Counted from the stretch's first letter, positions 22,120 through 34,800 are shown. The stretch: 64,000 nucleotides of DNA from Selaginella moellendorffii (GCF_000143415.4 NW_003314274.1:1440851-1504850); one strand, 5' to 3'. Notes: generated by a model from the letters alone, not told the origin. Numbers and translations: made by a program.

Positions 22120-23925
22120 TCACCTGGTAGCGTTCAGCAGCGCGTATGGAGCAGCGTCGTCCCGACTCGACAGCTTAACGAGCTCGCTAGCGGTTCTCTC
22201 TCGCAGCCTCCGGCGTGAAGTATCGCCATGGAGTCTACACGAGCTGAGGAGCGCCATCCACGGCACCGAGTGAGGCTCGAACGGCATGTTGGCGATGAGA
22301 TCCTCGGCTTCCTTGATCCGGCCCGAGCGTCCCAGCAGATCCACCATACAGACGTAGTGCTCCAGAGCCGGGGTGATGCCGAAGTCGTGGAGCAGCAGCT
22401 GGAAGTAGTCGGATCCATCGCCGAGCTTCCCCGAGTGGCTGGAGATGGAGAGAAGGCTGACGAGCGTGATCTCGTTTGGTCTCACGCCGTGGAGCAGCAT
22501 CTCTCGGAGGAGCTCCGTGGCTGTTGCGGGGAATCCGTTCCGGGCGTAGGCGGTGATCATGGAAGTCCACGAGACAACGTCGGTTCTCGCGACTGGGGAG
22601 CTCTCGAACGCTTGCCTCGCCAGCTCTAGCCCGCCAGCTTTGCCGTACATGGTGATCACGGCGGTGGCGAGGACAACGTTGGTGTGGAGCTCCTCCGGCG
22701 AGAGCTCCGCGTGGAGGAGCTTTCCCAGAGTGAGATCCGGGACGCTGGAGCAGGCGTCGAAGACGCTGGCGAGCGTGATCTCGTTGGGCTGCATGCCTTC
22801 GATCTCCATCACCCGGAAGAACTTGATCGCGTCCTCCCCTCGGTTATTCTGCGCCAAGGCCGAGATCATAGCCGACCACGAGACGACGCTCCTCTGGGCG
22901 ATCCCAGCAAAGACTTCGAGCGCTCGCTCAACCATGGAGCACCGTCCGTACAAGGTGACCAGCGCCGTGCCCAGCACCACGTCCGAGGCCAGGCCCAGAT
23001 GGGCCACATCGCCGTGGATTGCCGTACCTTCTCCCAGAGCTCCAATCTTGGCGCAAGCGTCGATCACCGTGACAAACGCCATATGATCCGCGCGGCATCC
23101 ACTTTGATCCATCCTGGTGAATGTTCGTATCGCCTCTAGCTCCTGGTCAGCGTCGGCATAGCCGGCGATCAAACACGTCCATCCCACCAAATTCACGTCG
23201 GGCATTTTATCGAAGAAATCCTGTGCCTCCAGCATTTGCCCCGATCGGGCAAATGCCGCTAGCATCGCTGTCCAGGTCACAAGATCGCGCTCTGGAGCTC
23301 TATCAAAAAGATATTTTGCGCAAGCAAAGCTACTGGTACTGGAGTAGGCTGTGATTATCGCGTTCCAGGAGACTATGTCTCGCAGCGGCATCGAATCAAA
23401 CATTTCCCTTGCTGATCGGAGATCTCCAGTTTCGGCATAGCCCGTGATCATCGCGTTCCAGGACGAAACTGTCTTCACGGGCATTGAATCGAACATAGCC
23501 TTGGCGTCGTGGATATGACCGGATTGGACATAGGCTGCCACCATCGCGGTCCAGGAAACATGGTTCTTGTGGGGGTTTTGATCAAATACCTCTCGCGCTT
23601 TGAGCAAGTGCCCGTTGGAGGTAAATGCGGCAGTCAAGACGTTCCATGAGTAGACGTTCTTGTGCTCGATTTTTTCAAATGCAGCCATGGCTTCCTTGGG
23701 ACTGCCACACTTTCCATACATATCGACTAAAAGATTTCCAAGGAAAGTGCTGTGTGCTATGAGATTGTTATTACATATATATGCATGGATTTGTCTGCCC
23801 AATGCTAAATTCCTTTTTATCGCACATGTTCGCAGTTCTATTGCAAGATCTTCACTGCAAGAAATATGAAAAGGAAACTTAATATTCTCATCTAAGTACA
23901 TAACATTTTTCACTTGCACATGCAT
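22120..23925 (-). CDS. PLS/E-class pentatricopeptide repeat protein
   Basis: 601-aa ORF with PPR motifs and an E domain (MPFEPHSVPWMALLSSCRLHGD...APYALL); no DYW domain. Confidence 0.92.
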   Translation of the reverse strand: MHVQVKNVMYLDENIKFPFHISCSEDLAIELRTCAIKRNLALGRQIHAYICNNNLIAHSTFLGNLLVDMYGKCGSPKEAMAAFEKIEHKNVYSWNVLTAAFTSNGHLLKAREVFDQNPHKNHVSWTAMVAAYVQSGHIHDAKAMFDSMPVKTVSSWNAMITGYAETGDLRSAREMFDSMPLRDIVSWNAIITAYSSTSSFACAKYLFDRAPERDLVTWTAMLAAFARSGQMLEAQDFFDKMPDVNLVGWTCLIAGYADADQELEAIRTFTRMDQSGCRADHMAFVTVIDACAKIGALGEGTAIHGDVAHLGLASDVVLGTALVTLYGRCSMVERALEVFAGIAQRSVVSWSAMISALAQNNRGEDAIKFFRVMEIEGMQPNEITLASVFDACSSVPDLTLGKLLHAELSPEELHTNVVLATAVITMYGKAGGLELARQAFESSPVARTDVVSWTSMITAYARNGFPATATELLREMLLHGVRPNEITLVSLLSISSHSGKLGDGSDYFQLLLHDFGITPALEHYVCMVDLLGRSGRIKEAEDLIANMPFEPHSVPWMALLSSCRLHGDTSRRRLRERTASELVKLSSRDDAAPYALLNATR

Positions 23926-23999
23926 ATATACAAAAAAAATCTAGAAAAGATCAAAATATAAGACAGCAAAATTGCCGGATGAACAGAAGGTTAGAGTCT

Positions 24000-24168
24000 T
24001 TCTCTTCCTCTCTCTCTTGTTATTCCATATTTCTTCCTTGCAAACTCAAGCAATTGCCACCACAGTGAACTCCAGCTGCTGCCCAAGCTCCGCCGATTGG
24101 TCCACTCTCAACTCCACCGTAAATGGTCATCTCCTCCAAGTTTTGCCACCGGCAGCGGTTCCACACTA
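24000..24168 (+). pseudogene. 5' fragment of a secreted FAD-linked oxidoreductase (fungal isoamyl-alcohol-oxidase/BBE-like N-terminal motif)
   Basis: Hydrophobic signal-like stretch, then SCCPSSADWSTLNSTVNGHLLQVLPPAAVPH, matching the CWPSxxxWxxLNxTVxGxLxxxxPxAxxC motif. No continuation found. Confidence 0.55.
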
Positions 24169-25182
24169 ACCCTAGAAATAAAGTTACTATTAAACATATA
24201 TTAATGACCTTAGAATTACTATTTTAGAAACATTTTTTGTCCTTTACAGTTATAAATAAATTCTAAATGATATATCAATTAAGGTTAAACACTACTCAAT
24301 ATTAAGTCATTGGATAGAGGATTAGGTGAGTCACTGTTTAAGAGTATGTATAGTAATTTGTTTTACTGATGCTAAGCAACAATGCTTGGTTTACTTTTTT
24401 TTTTTTTTTGTTTGTACTTGTTTATAATTTTGTTATCTGTTGTTGTTTTCTTATAATTATTTTTCATTTTAATTAATATTAAAGTTATTATAAGCTTTTA
24501 GTTTTTAAGATGTTTTATGCACTGTCTAATTAAGTATAGCTTGTATTCTTTCTAAATGAAATACTGGTTTATTTTTAAAGTTTTCTTCAAAGTAATTATT
24601 TTATATTTAATTTTTTGTTATTGGAAAAGAGTCCTAATAAGCTGAATTGCATGTTATATTTCTTAGCTGGGAATAATTCTAATGATTCTCTGTTCTCATA
24701 TATTAGTTTAATTAATCACCTCCATGTCTCACACACTCTCTGTGTTGCAAGACCTCTATAACCCAGCTGCTTTAATCTAGCACTTTCTGATAACTCTGTC
24801 TGATATTACAAATGCTATTCTTATTGGTGATTATGGGCTAACATTGAAGCGTTAAAATGTGTAAACACTAATGAGAAATATAAATGCAAGATCCTTCAAA
24901 AAATACTAAAAATTATATTGAGCTCACTTCCTAAATATAAGAATACTATAATGGGCTTTTCCAATTTCCTATGCTTGAACAATTTGCAAACACATCTCGG
25001 TAAGATATATGGATGATCTAACGAGCCACAAGCGAGAAAACTCATCCTTGGGAATGTGGCCGATAGCTATCTCCAGGATCCCAACACAAGATGAGACTAA
25101 TGAAGCTCTTTCCATGCATAAGTTGATTTACATTAAACACTAAGTAAATGACAACCGCTAGATTTCGCGCGAGGGTTTTGAC

Positions 25183-26739
25183 ATGGAGGTGTCGATGAAT
25201 ACGAAGGGCTTCCGGCGGTATGGCAAGCAGGTTCGTGAGGCAGAGGTGGCGGGGAATGTTCTGAGGCTGCCCAATGGTTTCCTGGGCAAGCAGCTGCTTC
25301 CACTGTGGCTCCATCCGAACTACATCCTTCTCGAGGATTTCCTGGTTCGGAACACCAAGGGAGATGCCATGGATGTGGATGAAGAGTTCAAAGTTCGGAA
25401 ATCGCAGTTTCACTTGGTAGGAACACCCGGGATTGGGAAGAGCTACTTTGGGCACTATTGGTTCTTCAAGCAAGCCAAGGATGGCAAGCGGGTGATCTGG
25501 AGGAGCCAGGGCGGTGTTTTCGTCTACTTTGACTTCTCGCTCGAGGACCCCTTTGTGCACGCTTCCAGCGACTACGTTGTCCCCGGCCCTTGGTTGGAGG
25601 ATATCGAAACAATCTGGCTGGTGGTGGATGGCGGCTGCAAGGGCCTCGACCACGATGGTTTTGTGCTCCAGTGCGTCTCTCCAGGTCGCAGTGGCTACCA
25701 CGAGTTTGCAAAGGATGTGGGCGTGCCTTTTCACCTGGAAGCATGGACGCTCGAAGAGTTGATGCGGTGCAGGGATGCTCTGAACCTGGGATTCACGGAT
25801 GAAGAGCTTGCAGAGCGTTTCTACTACTGCGGGGGCCTGCCTAGAGAAGTGTTGGATAAAAGGAAGACTAGCCAGAGCCTGAAAGACTTCATGACAACGG
25901 CGGTGTCTTGGGCCCCAAGCTGGGAGGCAGTGATAAGGGATGTAGCATCTGGTGCAGATGCCATATCCAATTACCTTCTCCATTATCGGCTGCAAAGGGA
26001 GCTCGGTGTGAATGCAGTTGCTTCGGACTGTGTGCTGCAGTTTACGTTGAAGTTCGCTTCCTTCTTTGTAGAGGATTTGGTAGTTGATAAGTTCCAGAGG
26101 CTGGGACATGGGAAAGTCAGGGAGTTTTTCGACTTCTGCCAGAGAGTTCCTGAGGCCCGCGCATTGTCACGGAAGTTTTTCGAGAAAAACGTCCACAGGA
26201 AGCTGCAGGATGGCGGAGGTGATTACACAATCAAGGATTTGGTAACACCGGACAAGCCTCACCCGGTTTTTGAGTTAAAGCCATCGAGCACCAAAAGGCT
26301 TCGTCGCTGGGAAGTCACTAAAGTGGCTGAGGGAAAACCATCGAAGGACGAGAAAATGCGTGGCTCTGCTGTAATCGGCAAGGGGGAATCCGTAGGATTG
26401 GCAAACCTTGATAGAGGCTGTTTCGTCAACTCGTATGCAGCCGTGTTCAAGTCGCTGGACTCGTTCGTCGTCCCAGATATCATGATCCAATGTACGTGCT
26501 CTCTGGATCACAAGATTTTCTGGGCTCCGGTCCTGGAGGTGGTGCAGGAATACGATCGTTGGTATTCACTCCAAGGTAGTACGCCGCCACCTTACTACCG
26601 CCTCATCTTCATTGTCCCAGAGTGTCGGTTTCGGGACTTCAAGTTTCAAGGGTATAAGAAGGAAGATGGCACTGACTATTTGGAGCTGCAGCCTGAAATG
26701 TCCAGAGTGAGGCAGTTGGCTTTATCTTTTCCATGGTAA
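25183..26739 (+). CDS. Crinkler/RHS-type P-loop NTPase + PD-(D/E)xK-like (REase-fold) nuclease protein
   Basis: 518-aa intronless ORF. NTPase motifs: Walker A GTPGIGKS, Walker B WLVVDG, VSP, WTLEEL, RF..CGGLPR, FASFFV. Nuclease-type motifs: FFEKNVH, SLDSFV, IQCTCSLDH. Confidence 0.78.
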   Translation: MEVSMNTKGFRRYGKQVREAEVAGNVLRLPNGFLGKQLLPLWLHPNYILLEDFLVRNTKGDAMDVDEEFKVRKSQFHLVGTPGIGKSYFGHYWFFKQAKDGKRVIWRSQGGVFVYFDFSLEDPFVHASSDYVVPGPWLEDIETIWLVVDGGCKGLDHDGFVLQCVSPGRSGYHEFAKDVGVPFHLEAWTLEELMRCRDALNLGFTDEELAERFYYCGGLPREVLDKRKTSQSLKDFMTTAVSWAPSWEAVIRDVASGADAISNYLLHYRLQRELGVNAVASDCVLQFTLKFASFFVEDLVVDKFQRLGHGKVREFFDFCQRVPEARALSRKFFEKNVHRKLQDGGGDYTIKDLVTPDKPHPVFELKPSSTKRLRRWEVTKVAEGKPSKDEKMRGSAVIGKGESVGLANLDRGCFVNSYAAVFKSLDSFVVPDIMIQCTCSLDHKIFWAPVLEVVQEYDRWYSLQGSTPPPYYRLIFIVPECRFRDFKFQGYKKEDGTDYLELQPEMSRVRQLALSFPW

Positions 26740-28699
26740 GAGCTACTTCATGTTTTAAGTACTTCGGACAATCCTCGCATTTGACAGGCATTAAGAGGAA
26801 TGATTTCTTCAGTCTTCTGCTTGACACTGTAAGTGTGGAGCCAATTATCTATAATATTTATAATCGGTCTTGCCACTTTGTTATGAGGTGACGAGACTTA
26901 TGGCTTGGTTTGTCACAAAAAGCAGCCGCATTGCTGTTCCGAAAGCACGGCTTGAGAGCAGCGTCTATAGTACCTAAGAGCAATCGCAGGGTACCTTCAC
27001 GGTAAACCTTCTCCAACTGGCCCCCTCCCGCTTAAACTCAACATCGCCTTAGAAGAGCTTTAGATTCTAGAGATTGGAGGCTTGAAAACGTTGAAATTGC
27101 TGAGAGATGTTGAGACGATTGTTCCAGTAGCTATGGATGCCAGTGAACTTCTTTTAAGTCACTTTGTCCCTGAAGAAAAAAGATAGATTTACTTCTCTTT
27201 GGAATATTAAAAAATTGATCTAAAAACTTTTACCAGGCTTTCATGCAAGCCTTGAGGAGATTGTTTCACTTGTGCTTTTTGATCTGGGAAAGCTTCCAAA
27301 TCCCACACGCTGCTCATAACAACGATAGAATGTGAGCTAAACCGAGACTGTAAATAAAGCAGTACTGTAAATAAGACAATGAACCTGCAAACTTTAGGTA
27401 TCGAGGAAGTATAGAATTTTAGTGCAAACTGGGAATTTGGGGAATTTGACAGTGAAGTGTTTGTTCTTGAGAACCACATGCCTGTTCCAAGCATCCATGT
27501 CGTGGACTTTCACCACCGTTTTGAAAGTACTAGTGGAAACTCCCACAAACTGACCGTTCCATCGGAGGAGCAAACTACAAGCTCAAAGGAATCCACCCTG
27601 ATCATCACTGATCATCAAAGAAAGATGATTCAATTGCTTGGATGAAAGAATAGCTAAAAAAAACGTTCGATCGATCAGTTCAAAGCACGACATGACCTTT
27701 CAGTGGTGCGCTGAACTCGAATCCAGAGCAAATCCTTCCACCCCGTGAGAAACAACTTGGAGGGGTGCCTGGTTTGTAACCCGAGAAAAAGCACGGCTGC
27801 TTTCTGCGAAGTCCCAAACCCTGTGAAAGTATGAGATCCCTCATGCGCTATCATGCTGACCTAGCCGAAACAAAGACCTCAAGCTTGGGAGCTTTGTCGC
27901 TCATTTCTTCGTCATCATGAAGAAATCGACTCCTCAGATTTTCCCTTCGCCTGTGCGCCTGGCTCAATCCTGTGCTGCTGGATTGAAATCCATGGCACTC
28001 TTGTGGTCGATCCATCGCCACTGATCACGATTTCCATGCCTTGGATCAGCTCAGCACTTGGAGAGACGGAATTCATTGCTTGCACTGTACTGCAAGAGCT
28101 CCACTGTGATTGGCCACTGCTTACTGGTATGAAGAGAATCATTTAATTTTCATAGCCAAGATTTCTTACTGTCGCTCTGTGGTGGCGCTGGAGATTCTTG
28201 AGCTATGCTGTAGCTAAGGCGGCGACAAACCTCGACGCCTCGCGATTCCGTGGAAATCCTGATCGCCCAAAAGGGCCAGCATTGGTAAAAGTCTTAACCG
28301 TAGAACTTAATCTAACTTTACATTTCTGCCCGTCACCAATATAGAAAACCATTACTGGAAATTTTTTATCGTGAATGAAAAATGAAAATCATTACAGAGG
28401 TGTGTGCAATGCGGTGCGATGAGGATGATTACAGGGCATTATGCATTGAGTCTGAGATGGGTGTAACCTGTGAGGACGATGTCAAGATCAAGTCCAAAGG
28501 ATGCTGGAGGTCCGCATAATATCATGTGTTGTGTACACCTGCCAGTGTTTGTGAATCTTGCAGAGCGTCAAGTTCAAGTAGACTTTGCCATGCGTGTCAT
28601 GTTGGAATTTCCTGATGTATTCCACTGCCCGTTTCTATGTTAGGAGCTCAGAGTCACAGGGGATATCATTTCGAGGATTTGTGTTGCGTAGGAGATCGA

Positions 28700-28866
28700 A
28701 GGCCGGGCCGGAGGAGCTGACCATTTACGGTGGAGTTGAGAGTGGACCACTCAGTGGAGCTTGGCCAGCAGCTAGAATTCACTGTGGTGTGGCAGCAATG
28801 AACGGGGCTGGTTGAGTCTGGGAGGAAGAAATCGCCAAGAAGAACAAGAGAGAGAAGAGGACCATT
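28700..28866 (-). pseudogene. Second, inverted 5' fragment of the FAD-linked oxidoreductase
   Basis: MVLFSLLFFLAISSSQTQP, then a frameshift to CCHTTVNSSCWPSSTEWSTLNSTVNGQLL. Nucleotide match to 24004-24136 in reverse orientation (tccactctcaactccaccgtaaatggtca). Confidence 0.6.
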
Positions 28867-31800
28867 CTTTCTCTCAAAAAACAAAAAACACTACAAAATT
28901 TAAGCAACGTATTTACAGTTAAATATAAATCTAACCATATCAAACTAGATAATTGTATCAATTCTCTCAATACTCTTAAACTCTTTGTGAATGAAGTGCC
29001 ACCATGCAAGAAAGAGAACAAGTGCCTAGGAGGGGGAGTGAGAGGGATTGGGTTGATAAGGTATATATATTGTAGTTCAAAAGATTCCAGTAGCAATTGT
29101 AAACAATATTAAATATTTTTTTTAAAAAAAATAGTTAATCAATGGTTAAAAGAATATTTGATACACTTTTATTCATGGGCCTTATTTTTTATATTTGAAC
29201 TTTTATGGATTATCTCTCGAATCGTTCCCTTTTATTGTTTATACTTAATCATAAATAATTAAGTTGAACATCACTATCATTAACCAAGGTATAGAGCCAT
29301 GAAGACCAAATCTCTATTCACAAATCATTCAGCAACAATTAAATTTTAAAATTTACAAAAATTGGAAATGCAAGTGAAATTACTTTTCAACTCCTTTTGC
29401 TAAATTAAACCTCTATCTCATCATCTTAAAATCAATCTTGGATCTATAAAGCTCAATATCTTGTAAAATTTAAAATGACAAGTTTAGCATGCAATATCAA
29501 AACCAAGACATAAATTGAATACTCAGCTAAACTTATTTACAGTTAAAAAGTAAGTAGAATTGAATTAAGATTAGAAAATTTCATAAATTATAAACATGTT
29601 TAAAATTTATTAAAATTAATTAATTTAAATAATTATCAACTGTTAGATAGTAGAATATACCAAAATATCCAATTATATTCTGCAAGAACAAAAACAAAAA
29701 TAAATTTATAAATTTATAAAAAAAATTGTTGTGCAATGTATGTAGCAATGCTTCATTTGCTTAATAGTAGTGTTATTCCTATTTATAAATTTAATTGTTC
29801 AAATAAAATTTTATAATTATAAACATGTTTATAATTTATAAACACAAAATTAAGTTTATTGATTATCAACCATTAGTTGGTACAAAAAAATTAGAATATA
29901 CTAGGAAGTGTTTAACAAAGTTTATAAATTATAAATATATCTATAAATTATAAATATAAAATTAATCTAAATGAATAACAACAGTTAGATTGTAGAATAT
30001 TGTAGAATATCCAAGCATATTATAGCTATGGTTAAGCAAACCAAAGTGGGCTATAAAAGGGATATAAATTTGACTCTAAGAAATAGAAAAAAATTTAAAG
30101 AAAAAAAATAGAGTGGGTATTAGAAACACTTAAAATTGAAAAAAGACATAAAAAATTAAGATTTTCTTATAGCATTCCATATAATAATTCAACAAGAGAA
30201 CTACAAGATAACTTCAATCACTTCCCCAATAGAGACCTCCACAAACAAGTTACAATATTTTCACTTTTAAAGGTTTTCTCTAGAGAAACAACTTGGTCTA
30301 TACTTACTGGATGCAGTGTAGTGTGTTTAACATTTACACCTCTACAAAAGATATTATTGGACATAAACAAACACAAAATTATGTTTATAATAAATTTATC
30401 ATGCTTAGCATGAACTTAAGTGGGGATAAAACTATATGAGTGAAAGATCATGAATTCAATGTAAAGTGTTTGATTGATAAAAAAGACATGGTAGTACAGA
30501 AACTAAAATTTTAATTTCTTTGTGTAAAAAAATTATTACAATATATCTATACTTTAATAAATTAAGCTATAGTAAGTCTGTTTAATGCAAAGAAATTTAT
30601 GGGTTAGAGGAAGTGATATTTTATGTTTCTTCAAGATATTTGGGCAAAGCACTACAAAATCCCAATTACAACTTTACAAGCTGATCAAACTTTAACTATT
30701 CATCTTTATAGTTTGTGAGAGCAATTTTGTGATCTGGGCACTCAAGTTTGCACTATAAGATGCGCCATGTGAAAGTTATGAAGAATTTCTGTGTTGGAGA
30801 TGGTTGAGAGCATAGGGAAGAGCCAATTGGATCATTTGAATATCTCATATGAATCAAGAATAAGGAGCTCTTTTGCATACGAATGCTTGAAAACTTTGAA
30901 AATGGAGGTGCCTTTTGAAAAGTAGAATTGAAAACTTAAAGATATATAATTGAGATATCAAAAGGCTAGATGATCTTTGCCAATCACTACAGTTGAAAGT
31001 TGTGTTGAATTCTGGCTGCTCTAGAGAAATTCAGAATTTTATAGAAATACAATTTAAAAGAAAATAGCATAAATGTGAGGTTAGTAGAGTTAAGAACACT
31101 AATGTATAGCTTTTGAGCATATAATGTCAAGATTGATAGGCAAAGAGCTTATACCTTGAGCCTGAGTATTGCTCCACTCCAACAACCATTGCTCAATTAA
31201 AAGAGACTACTCAGTGCAAAGAAGAATGAAACTCAACACACTTTAGAGTGCGAAGACTAAACCTATGAATTATAATAAGGACCAAGAACCACAAGAATCT
31301 ATCACAATAAGGCAGAGTTGCCAAACTTTCTGGGCTGCCGGATCCAACCAGTTGCAGCTGTCCGATGGGGGTAACTATAAAGGGGTTATTTATTTGACCA
31401 TATACTAGCAAATAATTGTGCTGATGTTTGCTCTCAGCCAATGGGATGTAGCCAAATTGCATGGGGTGAGAGAAGAAGGCTTTGCAACATGTGTTGCATG
31501 CAAATGTGTTGACCATTGACTGCACCTATCATCTGTCCTGTCCAAACTTAGATCTGCTTTGCTAGTAAGGTTTCCATTTATTTAGTTCCTCCTCCTCAAA
31601 GACATCCTGGAGATCAAAGATGAAGAGAAGAAGCTTGTGGTTCACACTGCCTTGCACAAGTCTGAGGAAGTGATCGAGAAACAAGCACACTTTTGTCTTA
31701 GCGACACTGCCATCTCCCACAAGAACAATGCATGGGATGCAAACTCTGAGGACAGCCAAGACTACAACAGTGGTAGCGAGAGTGAGGACAACACCAAAAA

Positions 31801-34800
31801 CTCAATAGTGTTCACCATCAACACTAAGGATGCTAGAGCTCAAACTCACGCTAGAGCCACACCTCACGAGCCACATGAAGGATTTAAGCTCCATCACCTT
31901 AGCATTTCTGCCGCTGGTGTTGCAGAAGGAAGTGATTGAGAAAAGGCCACCATCGCAGTGGAGAAAGCTATAGCTTCCACCACTACCAAACTCATAACAT
32001 TGTACAATATGTAAAAATATGGAAGATACCATTTAAATTCTGTCAAAGTGATGTTCATATCTTTTTTCCCAAGGTTTAGGCAGCTTCTAAGTTAAGATAA
32101 TTTGCTCCAATTGGGAATAGGTATCATGCTTCCATTTTGTGGAAGAAAAAAAAATCTCACCAAAAGTTTTTTCTTTGTTATCTAGCAGGAAAAGAAAAAC
32201 AAATGCAAACTAAACATCACATAACACAATGATTAGTATGGTGCATTGCATCAGTTTTAGCATTATATTTACCCTTGCTAATCGTGCAGGTTTTGTTGGG
32301 CATCTTCTTCTCAAACGTTTCAACTCTTGGCATCTTTTCTTCCTGTTTTTGTTCTTTTCCTGATTTGATTTTTGGGATACTTTATGGTATCTTTACTCCT
32401 GAGAATCCCATTGAAAGTTTTCACTTTTTTATGCTTTAAATTTAATAGTTTTCTTTTCTTTTCTGGTTTTTCCTTATGTAATAGAAATACTAGCAACAAA
32501 ACCATGATGCTCAAATCTCTAAGCTATTCCAATCATCTGGTACTCGCCTCACACACACAGGCAGTTGAGGCAAGATCTTTCTTTCACACTTTCTTCATAC
32601 TAGAGCTTTCAACTTATCCAAGTCTCTGTGACATAAAACTCTTGGCCAATGTATTTGTCTTTTGGCTCAGATTTAAAGTTTTTTGAAAACTTCACCTTGC
32701 CAACCCACCAGCTTTTTGCTGGGCAATTTCTACTGCAATCCAGCCAATCACAGCCGTCCAATGGGTGGGGGGCGGGGGGAGGTTTCTTTAACCACGTCTT
32801 AGTGAATAATTGTGTTGATTTTTTCTCTCTTAGCCGTCCAATGGCGGCTAACTGCATAGGGCTGGGGTGGGAGAAAGGCACAGCAATGTGTGTCACATGC
32901 ATGTGTTCTGTAGCAGATTTCACTGGAGTTCCAGCCCTCCTGCTGGAGCTCATGGAAGAGATCCGGCGCTGATCAATGCAATTTAGGATTGTGGGCAATG
33001 CTAGTGATCACTATTGTCCAGGAGACTAGATTTGGATCTGGCATGGTATGGAAGATTGTGATTGCTCTCTAGGATCTTTGCCTTGTGCAAATGCCCATTT
33101 GAGGCCAATGCTGTGATCATGGTGTTGTAGCTTGCAGCATTAGGATGGGCGATTTGGGAGAAGATCCGCCACACCTCCGTGACATCCATGATCCAAGCAC
33201 ATGCATCAATGATCACTCTGATTGCGCTGGAGTCCCAATTCTCTGGGCTCAAGCGATCAAACAGCACCCTAGCTTCCTTGATCCTCCCAAACTGGGCATA
33301 AGCCTCGCTCAGTCCTTGAGCATGGAGATCGCAAAGTTGTGCAATGTGAATCGATCAAAGAGGAGCTTAGCCTGCTCAATCCTGCCACCAAACACGAGTG
33401 CTGTAACCATGGCATTGATTGTCACGGCATTGCAATGGGGAATCCAACCAAAGAGGAGCTGCACCTCATCGAGATTGCCACTCCTTGCGTAGCCAAAGAT
33501 GATCACGTTCCACGCTGCCATGATGCATCACAACATGAAATTGAACAGCATGCATCTGGCCCTGTGCGGTGTGGGTGGAGATCATCAACGTCCACGACAC
33601 CATATCTCAATGAGGCATGGAATCAAACACTTTTCTAGCATTGCCCACTGGATTGCTCACGAGGTAGGCTGCCAGGAGTGAGTTCCATGTGACCGTGTTG
33701 TGAGACTCCATGGAATCAAACATGATCTTTGCATCCATGGCCAGTCCCTACTGTGCGTAAGCTCCGATCATTGTGCTCCAAAAGACAGTGTTTCTTTGCA
33801 GCATCACAAAAAAGAGAGCTTGCACCTCACAGATATGGCCATGAGAACCCATTGCCACAATCATCAGGTTCCATGAAACTGTGTCTCTGAAAGGGATTCT
33901 CTGAAACATCATGATTGCATTGTCAATCCTCCCAGACTCTACGATCGTGCCCAGGAGGCTATTCCATGAGCAGCAGTCCCATTTGAGCATCTCAAAGAAA
34001 ACAATGGCCACCTTTTCAATTTGCCCATTTTCGGCATTTGCCATAATTAAAGAGTTCCAAGTGGCTACAGTTCGTAATGGCATAAAATAAAATAGATCCT
34101 TCACATTTTCTAAATCACTTCTTGATGCTAAAAGTGATATCATTATTGTATATAACAAAACACCTTGCTCTAGCGTCTCATTGAAGAGGGCAATGGCTTC
34201 CTCCAGATGCTAGTTTTGGCCAACATTATGTTCTAGCAGCTGACATCTCTGTGTGCTAGCGCAAAAAACAAACTTTTTGTTTCATCAACCATTTTGTGAT
34301 CTGCATACACAATTATCCATGATATGAGTGTAAGCAACCAAAGGGAACGACTCGAGAGACGATCCATGGGGTTCAAATATAGAGGGAAAGGGCCCATGAA
34401 CAAAAGTGCACCCCCTTTTCTAATCGGTTAAGGGTCTTGGGATATTTGGGGTTAAGTGTCCTTAGGTTTGAATAGTACTGGGCTGGGTGACCTCCCGGGA
34501 AGTCCAAATTCTCAGGAGCTTACATTTGGTATCGGAGCTTTTTCCTCAGTTCTAGCGAAGGATAGAGGCGGATTGCTGGGAGATGGCAAAGGCAGGGCGT
34601 AAGCGAACCCAGGTGGAGACAGAACCTCCGCCAGAGCTGGAGCCTCCGGTCGAACAAGAGGCTATGGATGAGGAATCCTTGCATGAGGAGGACTCCAGTG
34701 AGGAAACTTCCAAATAGGAGTCCGGATAGACGAGGTAAGCTGGCAAATTGGAAAGGAAAAATTTGTGGCTTACAATTTGTAAGGAACCGACTCCCCGAGA

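Noticed and set aside
25042-26109. 355-aa antisense ORF over the NTPase gene, and long antisense ORFs over PPRs (19013-19756, 58838-59974, 61319-62527)
   Set aside because: Shadow ORFs from GC-rich codon usage; the recognisable motifs are on the opposite strand.
24960-26930. Terminal inverted repeats directly flanking the CRN-like ORF
   Set aside because: Only a weak ~12-nt similarity (acgagccacaag vs cttatggcttggt) and no TSD; consistent with chance.
29000-31200. AT-rich tract with TTTATAAATTATAAA-like repeats as a MITE/Helitron
   Set aside because: No TIR/TSD or Helitron termini could be fixed by eye.
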